Assembly: GCA_964016885.1 (NCBI GenBank)
Contig: OZ024741.1
Span: 5,208,001 to 5,272,000, forward strand
DNA: 64,000 nucleotides
DNA from: Eledone cirrhosa
Lineage: Eukaryota
Direction: 5' to 3'
Shown: positions 44,721 to 55,100 of the stretch, piece by piece
Layout of the letters: each line of letters starts with the position of its first letter
Numbering within the stretch: position 1 is the stretch's first letter
Position numbers and translations under genes: made by a program
Notes under the pieces: generated by a model
Database searches by the model: none
What the model was told of the DNA's origin: nothing
What the model saw: the letters and a program-made list of their open reading frames with translations, nothing else

Positions 44721-44745
44721 GAACTAACTGTTGTGTAACCACTTC

Positions 44746-45002
44746 TATATATATATATATATATGCAAGCCATAAACTCTGTTATATATATATATATACA
44801 CACAGATACATACATACATACACATACACACACACACATACATACATACATACATACATACATACATACATACATACATACATACATACATACATACATA
44901 CATACATACACACCTACATACATACATACATACATACATACATACATACATACATACATACATACATACATACATACATACATACATACATACATACATA
45001 CA
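44746..45002. repeat. (TA)n and (CATA)n microsatellites
   Basis: Directly visible. Further (CATA)n tracts at ~45596-45670, 46290-46356 and 47010-47295. Confidence 0.96.
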
Positions 45003-45595
45003 TGGTGGCTGCCAACTGGTTTTCGAGTACGGCCACTACTTTATATCCATGTAGGAGAACCCTTACCGATGCGCTGAACGAGTGTGACGTTTTAGTCCAG
45101 CCAGCGACTTGAAAACTCTGGTACAAACACTACACTTGTGACAATTATTGACACATAGTGCTGGGCCCATGGTACAATGTGACGACAAGTGCAGAGAGAT
45201 CTCCAGATATAAAGCAATGCCTATGCTGTGAAGCTTTTATAGTGAGCAAAGGCACTGCACAAAGCCAGTCCCACTCTCTTAACCAAGATGATATTTACCA
45301 AAAAGAAGAACAAGTCAACATCATTGGATACCATCAGGGTTGCAGGTGTTATATCAGAGTTTTCTTTCTCCTAGAATACTGCCTTGACAAAGGCTAAGGG
45401 GTCATCTCTCCCGGTGATTTTGGATGGCCATTGACTCTTAAGAGCTCCTTTGCCCTTTGACAGGTTTTGGTTTTAGTCCTGCAGGATGTCCAAAGTCACC
45501 CTCCTCACCAAGAAACCTTGGTGGGGTTGCCAGTTTAGTCGCCAACGACCCGACCATGAGACAGGTTGTACTGGGATACATGTTACCAGTAGCAC
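45002..45595 (-). mobile_element. ~600-bp non-coding interspersed repeat, copy 1 (probably non-autonomous RTE-derived, with (TATG)n tail)
   Basis: Shares three blocks with copy 2 (tggctgc..tcgagta.ggcca; ttctcctagaa..tgacaaaggc; ttttggatggcc..catgttaccagtagcac). The minus-strand end ccgtactcg..gcagccacc(atgt)n resembles RTE 3' ends as I recall them. Confidence 0.6.
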
Positions 45596-45670
45596 CATAC
45601 ATACATACATACATACATACATACATACATACATACATACATACATACATACATACATACATACATACAT

Positions 45671-46271
45671 GATGGCTGCTCCCTCGTTATCGAGTATGGC
45701 CATTGCACGATATATTTATTAATTCTATCGTGCAATGCCTGTGCGTGAAGATATTTTTTAAAGTGAGGAAAGACTGTGCACTGAGCCAATCCCACTCCCT
45801 GAGCGACAGTAGCTATAACCCGAAAAGAAGAAAAGATCAACATCATCGGTAACTACTGAGCCGCAGGTTTTATATCGGAGTTATCCCAGTTTCTTGAGTT
45901 GCCTTCTCCTAGAAGAATGTCCTGACAAAGGCAAGGGGTCCTTCACTCCCAATGGTTTAACCGCGCGATCGGGTGTCCAGCCCGACTATTTCTATGTCTC
46001 TGCGCATATACATACACATGCACCCATGTATATACACATATACATATATATGTATATGTGTATATACATATTTACACACTTTTGGATGGCCGTTGACTCT
46101 TATGAGTTCTTCCGCCCTTTGTCAGGTTTTGTTCTTTGTCCTGCAGGGTGGCCAAACTCGCCCTCCTCACCAAGGAAACTTGGTGGAGTTGCCGGTTTAG
46201 TCGCCGAAGACCTGATCATGCGACAGGTTGTACTGGGTTACATGTTACCAGTAGCACCCAAGAGTGACCTG
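45671..46271 (-). mobile_element. ~600-bp non-coding interspersed repeat, copy 2
   Basis: Same blocks as copy 1. The minus strand has ctaggagaaggcaactc..aaacc (RTE 5'UTR-like) and ends ccatactcgataacgagggagcagccatc(atgt)n. Contains an internal CA/TA tract at ~46005-46078. Confidence 0.6.
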
Positions 46272-46355
46272 ACATACATTTCATACACACATACATACAT
46301 ACATACATACATACATACATACATACATACATACATACATACATACATACATACA

Positions 46356-47010
46356 TAAAAGCTACAGCAATGTGGAAGACATCCATGTACATAATATGAA
46401 AGAGTACTGGTGGAATGTTTCAGTAAACACTCCAATAAAATGCAGGCATAACAGACCAGATATTATGATATGGGACAGGGAGAAGAAAGCATGCACAGTA
46501 GTGGAAATTTGTTGCCCAGCAGATGCCAATATATTATCAAAGATTAGCGAAAAGGAGAATATTTATGCAGAACTGATGAGAAATCTGCAGATACTCCACC
46601 CTGATTACACCTTCAGATTTATGCCTGTGATTATTGGGCACTGGGGTATGTTAGTAACTGCCTCAATACAAATCTTGAGAAGCTGGGCTTCACAGGAACA
46701 GCAAGAACACAACTAGTTAGGAAATTACAAGTACAATCCATTAATGTAACAGTAAAAATATGTAAAACATTCCAAAAATGTTGCATCTAATAACTGCATA
46801 TACACATGTACAGATACAAAGCATATACACATGCACACATACAACTCAAAACATCCACACATACAATAACATCCATATCTACACATTCATGCAGACATAC
46901 ATATCTACCTAGTAGATGTTGTGTAAATTCCAATGAGAGAGTCTTGTGGCTATGTTAGAAACCGACTCTCTCTATTGGTAAACATTTGTGAAATTATAAA
47001 ACCAGAAGAA
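46356..47010 (+). mobile_element. Short 5'-truncated R4/Dong-type (restriction-like endonuclease) LINE with complete 3' UTR
   Basis: Encodes HNRPDIMIWDREKKACTVVEICCP..ISEKENIY (PD-(D/E)xK RLE) and is a close paralog of 48496-48876. 3' hairpin ccaatgagagagtc..gactctctctattgg. Flanked by (CATA)n on both sides. Confidence 0.85.
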
Positions 47011-47048
47011 CATACATACATACATACACACATACACACATGCATACA

Positions 47049-47080
<32 letters not shown>

Positions 47081-47295
47081 AGCATACATACATACATATA
47101 TACATACATACATACATACATACATACATACATACACACATACATACATACATACACATACATAGATACATACAGATATACATACATACACACATACATA
47201 CATATATACACACATACATATATACACATACATACATACATACATACATACATACATACATACATACATACATACATACATACATACATACATAA

Positions 47296-48876
47296 ATAAA
47301 CCCCTTGTCATTTCTGCTCAAGAAATGTGAGGGATACATTATTGGCAAACAGGAGGACAGAAATACGAACCTAACCCATAACTTCTTTGTGGATGATCTG
47401 AAACTCTATGCCAAGAACATGGATGGGATGAAGAAAAATCTTGACCTGGTTACAACGTTCTCAAAGGATATAGGAATGGAGTTTGGCCAAGATAAATGCT
47501 CATACATGACTGTAAAGAGGGGAAAAACAACAACCTAATCTAGCAACATTGTCATCAATGGTCTAACTGTTTCACCGATATCTGATGAGGACAGCTACAG
47601 ATACCTGGAGATAGATGAGAACATATCCTATAATGGTATCTGTAATAAAGAACGCGGAGCCAGGGAATACTACACTCGATTAAGAAAGATATGGTCATCG
47701 GAACTCTCTGCCCAAAGCAAAACAGTGGCTCACAATGTGTTTGCTGTGCCTGTCCTAACACCAACGTTTGGAATACTCAATTGGACGATAGACGAAATCC
47801 GAGTGATTGATGTTAGAACTCAAAAAATACTAAACAACACCGGAAACTCCCACTTCAGCAGTGACATACACCGCCTATACTTGAATCGTAAGCAGGGAGG
47901 CAGAGGCCTAACATCAGTCCAGACAGCATTTGAATGTCGCATCATATTTCTCCGACAACATCGACGAACCTAAAAGCGTAGGAGCCTGTGTCTCGACCAC
48001 GTCTATCTGCATGAGAGTTGGGAAGGAACTCTTCGAGAGGTATTCCCTGTGTGATAATCAAAAGCTCACACCCAGGGAAGTTACTCAGCAGCATCGCAAT
48101 GAATTCATGGATGAAAAACTGCATACTTATCAGCAAAAAATCATGCATGGATATGTTGCCAGGAAGCTCCAGAGTGAGAGTAATATAGATAAGGAAAGTA
48201 GTCTATATTGGACCAACAACCGCTATATTAGCTCCCACTTTGAAGGATACGCTTTTGCAATCCAAGAACAGGAAATCAATATGAAATACCTGATTCACAA
48301 AAGAGATAGGGATGCAGGCAAAACACCTAGATGTGATAACAGACTCTGCAGAATTAACATCGAAGATGTCACCCATGTCATCAGCAGCTGTCCAAAGATG
48401 TCATCGCGGTACTATCTACCTATGAGGCATGATGTAGGGGCCAAAACACTGTACAATGCAATCCGTAAAAAAGAAAGCCCCGATAATAAACACATTAAAA
48501 GCTACAGCAATGTGGAAAACATACATATACATAATATGAAAGAGTACTGGTGTAATGTTCCAGTAAAAACCCCAATAAAATGCAGGCATAACAGACCAGA
48601 TATTATGATATGGGACAGGGAAAAGAAGCAAGCACAGTAGTGGAAATTAGCTGCCCAGCAGATGCCAATATAATATCAAAGATTAGTGAAAAGGAGAATA
48701 TTTATACAGAAATGACGAGAAATCTGCAGATACTCCACCCTGATTACACCTTCAGATTTATGCCTGTGATTATTGGGGCGCTGGGATATGTTAGTAACTG
48801 CCTCAATACAAATCTTGAGAAGCTGGGCTTCACAGGAACAGAAAGAACACAACTAGTTAGGAAATTACAAGTACAA
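47296..48876 (+). pseudogene. R4/Dong-type LINE ORF remnant: RT C-half, CCHC Zn knuckle, RLE
   Basis: NPLSFLL..HNFFVDDLKLYA..DIGMEFGQDKC, YRYLE, LYLNRKQGGRGL, MHG..IQEQEI, RLC..EDVTHVISSC..RHD, RPDIMIWD..VVEISCP..EK. Split over ORFs 47305, 47725, 47930 and 48610 by frameshifts and stops. Confidence 0.88.
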
Positions 48877-49047
48877 TGGAGGCACATGGCTTAGTGCTTA
48901 GAGCATTGGCCTTGCAATTGAAAGCTTGTGAGTTCAATTCTCAGACCGAGTGATGTGTTGTTTCCATGAGGAAGACACTTTATTTCACATTGCTCCAGAT
49001 TACTCAGCTGTAGAAATGAGATATTAGGGACTGGGGTCCATATCATT
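48877..49047 (+). mobile_element. Degraded tRNA-derived SINE (CORE-like body)
   Basis: A-box TGGCTTAGTG, B-box GAGTTCAATTC, then tgtttccatgaggaagacactttatttcac..ctcagctgtagaaatgag. It truncates the R4/Dong copy after gtacaa. Confidence 0.7.
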
Positions 49048-49113
49048 CCACTGAAAAGTGGTCGTGGAGGTGCCACGGCAAAAAAGCACCCAGCACTCAT
49101 TGTAAATGAGGTT
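49048..49113 (+). mobile_element. RTE 3' UTR fragment abutting satellite 2
   Basis: ccactgaaaagtggtcgtggaggtgccacggcaaaaaagcacccagcactcattgtaaatgaggtt matches the reverse complement of 38718-38830 (with one subrepeat skipped). Confidence 0.85.
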
Positions 49114-52100
49114 ATTACAGTGGTCCACTTGAGGAGGTTATTAGTGGTCCACTTGAGGAGGTTATTACAGTGGTCCACTTGAGGAGGTTATTACAGTGGT
49201 CCACTTGAGGTTATTACAGTGGTCCATTGAGGTGGCTATTACAGTGGTCCACTTGAGGAGGTTATTACAGTGGTCCACTTGAGGTTATTACAGTGGTCCA
49301 CTTGAGGTTATTACAGTGGTCCACTTGAGAAGGATATTACAGTGGTCCACTTGAGGAGGTTATTACAGTGGTCCACTTGAGGAGGTTATTACAGTGGTCC
49401 ACTTGAGGAGGTTATTACAGTGGTCCACTTGAGGTTATTACAGTGGTCCACTTCAGGAGGTTATTATAGTGGTCAACTTGAGGAGGTTATTACAGTGGTC
49501 CACTTGAGGAGGTTATTACAGTGGTCCACTTGAGGAGGTTATTACAGTGGTCCACTTGAGGTTATTACAGTGGTCCACTTGAGGAGGTTATTACAGTGGT
49601 CCACTTGAGGAGGCTATTACAGTGGTCCACTTGAGGAGGTTATTACAGTGGTCCACTTGAGGTTATTACAGTGGTCCACTTGAGGAGGTTATTACAGTGG
49701 TCCACTTGAGGAGACTATTACAGTGGTCCACTTGAGGAGGTTATTACAGTGGTCCACTTGAGGTTATTACAGTGGTCCACTTGAGGAGGTTATTACAGTG
49801 GTCCACTTGAGGTTATAACAGTGGGCCACTTGAGGTTATTACAGTGGTCCACTTGAGGATATTACAGTGGTCCACTTGAGGTTATTACAGTGGTCCACTT
49901 GAGGTTATTACAGTGGTCCACTTGAGGAGGTTATTACAGTGGTCCACTTGAGGAGGTTATTACAGTGGTCCACTTGGGGAGGTTATAACAGTGGTCCACT
50001 TGAGGAGGCTATTACAGTGGTCCACTTGAGGTTATTACAGTGGTCCACTTGAGGAGGTTATTACAGTGGTCCACTTGAGGAGGCTATTACAGTGGTCCAC
50101 TTGAGGAGGTTATTACAGTGGTCCACTTGAGGAGGTTATTACAGTGGTCCACTTGAGGAGGTTATTACAGTGGTCCACTTGAGGTTAATACAGTGGTCCA
50201 CTTGAGGAGGTTATTACAGTGGTCCACTTGAGGTAATTACAGTGGTCCATTTGAGGAGGTTATTACAGTGGTCCAATTGAGGAGGTTATTACAGTGGTCC
50301 ACTTGAGGTTATTACAGTGGTCCACTTGAGGAGGCTATTACAGTGGTCCACTTGAGGTTATTACAGTGGTCCACTTGAGGAGGTTATTACAGTGGTCCAC
50401 TTGAGGTTATTGCAGTGGTCCACTTCAGGAGGTTATTACAGTGGTCCACTTGAGGTTATTACAGTGGTCCACTTGAGGAGGCTATTACAGTGGTCCACTT
50501 GAGGTTATTACAGTGGTCCACTTGAGGAGGATATTACAGTGGTCCACTTGATGTTATTACACTGGTCCACTTGAGGAGGTTATTACAGTGGTCCACATGA
50601 GGTTATTACAGTGGTCCACTTGAGGAGGCTATTACAGTGGTCCACTTGAGAAGGTTATTACAGTGGTCCACTTGAGGTGATTACAGTGGTCCACTTGAGG
50701 AGGTTATTACAGTGGACCACTTGAGGGGTTATTACAGTGGTCCACTTGAGAAGGTTATTACAGTGGTCAACTTGAGGTTATTACAGTGGTCCACTTGAAG
50801 AGGCTATTACAGTGGTCCACTTGAGGTGGTTATTACAGTGGTCCACTTGAGGTTATTACAGTGGTACACTTGAGGAGGCTATTACGGAGCTCCACTTGAG
50901 ATTATTACAGTTGTCCACTTAAGGAGGTTATTACAGTGGTCCACTTAAGGAGGTTATTACAGTGGTCCACTTGAGGAGGTTATTACAGTGGTCCACTTGA
51001 GGAGGCTATTACAGTGGTCCACTTGAGGAGGTTATTACAGTGGTCCACTTGAGGTTATTACAGTGGTCCAATTGAGGAGGTTATTGCAGTGGTCCACTTG
51101 AGGAGGCTATTACAGTGGTCCACTTGAGGTTATTACAGTGGTCCACTTGAGGAGGTTATTACAGTGGCCACGTGAGGAGGCTATTACAGTGGTCCACTTG
51201 AGGTGGCTATTACAGTGGTCCACTTGACGAGGCTATTACAGTGGTCCACTTGACGAGGTTATTACAGTGGTCCACTTGAGGAGGCTATTACAGTAGTCCA
51301 CTTGAGGTTATTACAGTGGTCCACTTGACGAGGCTATTACAGTAATCCACTTGACGAGGCTATTACAGTGGTCCACTTGAGGAGGCTATTACAGTGGTCC
51401 ACTTGATTTTATTACACTGGTCCACTTGAGGAGGTTATTACAGTGGTCCACTTGACGAGGCTATTACAGTGGTCCACTAGACGAGGTTATTACAGTGGTC
51501 CACTTGAGGAACTATTACAGTGGTCCACTTGATGTTATTACACTGGTCCACTTGAGGAGGTTATTACAGTGGTCCACTTGAGGAGGCTGTTACAGTGGTC
51601 CACTTGAGAAGGTTATTACAGTGGTCCACTTGAGGTTATTACAATGGTCCACTTGAGGAGGTTATTACAGTGGTCCACTTGAGGTTATAACAGTGGGCCA
51701 CTTGAGGTTATTACAGTGGTCCACTTGAGGATATTACAGTGGTCCACTTGAGGTTATTACAGTGGTCCACTTGAGGTTATTACAGTGGTCCACTTGAGGA
51801 GGTTATTACAGTGGTCCACTTGGGGAGGTTATAACAGTTGTCCACTTGAGGAGGCTATTACAGTGGTCCACTTGAGGTTATTACAGTGGTCCACTTGAGG
51901 AGGTTATTACAGTGGTCCACTTGAGGAGGCTATTACAGTGGTCCACTTGAGGTTATTACAGTGGTCCACTTGCGGAGGTTATTACAGTGGTCCACTTGCG
52001 GAGGCTATTACAGTGGTCCACTAGACGAGGTTATTACAGTGGTCCACTTGAGGAACTATTACAGTGGTCCACTTGATGTTATTACACTGGTCCACTTGAG

Positions 52101-55100
52101 GAGGTTATTACAGTGGTCCACTTGAGGAGGCTGTTACAGTGGTCCACTTGAGAAGGTTATTACAGTGGTCCACTTGAGGTTATTACAATGGTCCACTTGA
52201 GGAGGTTATTACAGTGGTCCACTTGAGGTTATAACAGTGGGCCACTTGAGGTTATTACAGTGGTCCACTTGAGGATATTACAGTGGTCCACTTGAGGTTA
52301 TTACAGTGGTCCACTTGAGGTTATTACAGTGGTCCACGTGAGGAGGTTATTACAGTGGTCCACTTGAGGAGGTTTTTACAGTGGTCCACTTGGGGAGGTT
52401 ATAACAGTGGTCCACTTGAGGAGGCTATTACAGTGGTCCACTTGAGGTTATTACAGTGGTCCACTTGCGGAGGTTATTACAGTGGTCCACTTGAGGAGGT
52501 TATTACAGTGGTCCACTTGAGGTTAATACAGTGGTCCACTTGAGGAGGTTATTACAGTGGTCCACTTGAGGTAATTACAGTGGTCCATTTGAGGAGGTTA
52601 TTACAGTGGTCCACTTGAGGAGGTTATTACAGTGGTCCACTTGAGGAGGCTATTACAGTGGTCCACTTGAGGAGGTTATTACAGTGGTCCACTTGAGGAG
52701 GTTATTACAGTGGTCCACTTGAGGAGGTTATTACAGTGGTCCACTTGAGGTTATTACAGTGGTCCACTTGAGGAGGTTATTACAGTGGTCCACTTGAGGA
52801 GGTTATTACAGTGGTCCACTTGAGGTTAATACAGAGGTCCACTTGAGGTTATTACAGTGGTCCATTTGAGGAGGTTATTACAGTGGTCCACTTGAGGAGG
52901 TTATTACAGTGGTCCACTTGAGGTTATTACAGTGGTCCACTTGTAGAGGTTATTACAGTGGTGCACTTCAGGTTATTACAGTGGTCCACATGAGGATTTT
53001 ATTACAGTGGTCCACTTGAGGTAGCTATTACAGTGGTCCACTTGAGGAGGTTATTACAGTGGTCCACTTTAGGTTATTACAGTGGTCCACCTGAGGTTAT
53101 TACAGTGGTCCACTTGAGGAGGTTATTACAGTGGTCCACTTCAGGTTATTACAGTGGTGCACTTGAGGAGCCTATTACAGTGGTCCACTTGAGGTTATTA
53201 AAGTGGTCCACTTGAGGAGGTTATTACAGTGGTACATTTTAGGTGGCTATTACAGTGGTCCACTTGAGGAGGTTATTACAGTGGTCCACTTGAGGAGGTT
53301 ATTACAGTGGTCCACTTGAGGAGGTTATTACAGTGGTCCACTTGAGGTTATTACAGTGGTCCACGTGAGGAGGCTATTACAGTGGTCCACTTGAGGTGGC
53401 TATTACAGTGGTCCACTTGACGAGGTTATTAAGGTGGTCCACTTGAGGAGGCTATTACAGTGGTCCACTTGAGGAGGCTATTACAGAGGTCCACTTGAGG
53501 TGGCTATTACAGTGGTCCACTTGAGGTTATTACAGTGGTCCACTTGAGGAGGCTATTACAGTGGTCCACTTGAGAAGGTTATTACAGTGGCCCACTTGAG
53601 GTTATTACAGTGGTCCACTTGAGGATGCTTTTAGAGTTGTCCACTTGAGGAGGTTATTACAGCGGTCCAATTGAGAAGGGTATTACAGTGGTCCACTTGA
53701 GGAGGCTATTACAGTGGTCCACTTGAGAAGGTCATTACAGTGGCCCACTTGAGGTTATTACAGTGGTCCACTTGAGGATGTTTTTAGAGTTGTCCACTTG
53801 AGGAGGTTATTACAGTGGTCCAATTGAGAAGGTTATTACAGTGGTCCACTTGAGGTTATTACAATGGTCCACTTGAGGAGGTTATTACAGTGGTCCACTT
53901 GAGGTTATAACAGTGGGCCACTTGAGGTTATTACAGTGGTCCACTTGAGGATATTACAGTGGTCCACTTGAGGTTATTACAGTGGTCCACTTGAGGTTAT
54001 TACAGTGGTCCACTTGAGGAGGTTATTACAGTGGTCCACTTGGGGAGGTTATAACAGTTGTCCACTTGAGGAGGCTATTACAGTGGTCCACTTGAGGTTA
54101 TTACAGTGGTCCACTTGAGGAGGTTATTACAGTGGTCCACTTGAGGAGGCTATTACAGTGGTCCACTTGAGGTTATTACAGTGGTCCACTTGCGGAGGTT
54201 ATTACAGTGGTCCACTTGCGGAGGCTATTACAGTGGTCCACTAGACGAGGTTATTACAGTGGTCCACTTGAGGAACTATTACAGTGGTCCACTTGATGTT
54301 ATTACACTGGTCCACTTGAGGAGGTTATTACAGTGGTCCACTTGAGGAGGCTGTTACAGTGGTCCACTTGAGAAGGTTATTACAGTGGTCCACTTGAGGT
54401 TATTACAATGGTCCACTTGAGGAGGTTATTACAGTGGTCCACTTGAGGTTATAACAGTGGGCCACTTGAGGTTATTACAGTGGTCCACTTGAGGATATTA
54501 CAGTGGTCCACTTGAGGTTATTACAGTGGTCCACTTGAGGTTATTACAGTGGTCCACGTGAGGAGGTTATTACAGTGGTCCACTTGAGGAGGTTTTTACA
54601 GTGGTCCACTTGGGGAGGTTATAACAGTGGTCCACTTGAGGAGGCTATTACAGTGGTCCACTTGAGGTTATTACAGTGGTCCACTTGCGGAGGTTATTAC
54701 AGTGGTCCACTTGAGGAGGTTATTACAGTGGTCCACTTGAGGTTAATACAGTGGTCCACTTGAGGAGGTTATTACAGTGGTCCACTTGAGGTAATTACAG
54801 TGGTCCATTTGAGGAGGTTATTACAGTGGTCCACTTGAGGAGGTTATTACAGTGGTCCACTTGAGGAGGCTATTACAGTGGTCCACTTGAGGAGGTTATT
54901 ACAGTGGTCCACTTGAGGAGGTTATTACAGTGGTCCACTTGAGGAGGTTATTACAGTGGTCCACTTGAGGTTATTACAGTGGTCCACTTGAGGAGGTTAT
55001 TACAGTGGTCCACTTGAGGAGGTTATTACAGTGGTCCACTTGAGGTTAATACAGAGGTCCACTTGAGGTTATTACAGTGGTCCATTTGAGGAGGTTATTA

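Noticed and set aside
46150-46200. Twister-like ribozyme (aactcc...gaggaggg on the minus strand)
   Set aside because: Explained by a simple hairpin caccaag-tttc-cttggtg; the remaining twister core and pseudoknots are not found.
44570-47348. MYVC/HTYI repeat proteins
   Set aside because: These are translations of (CATA)n microsatellites.
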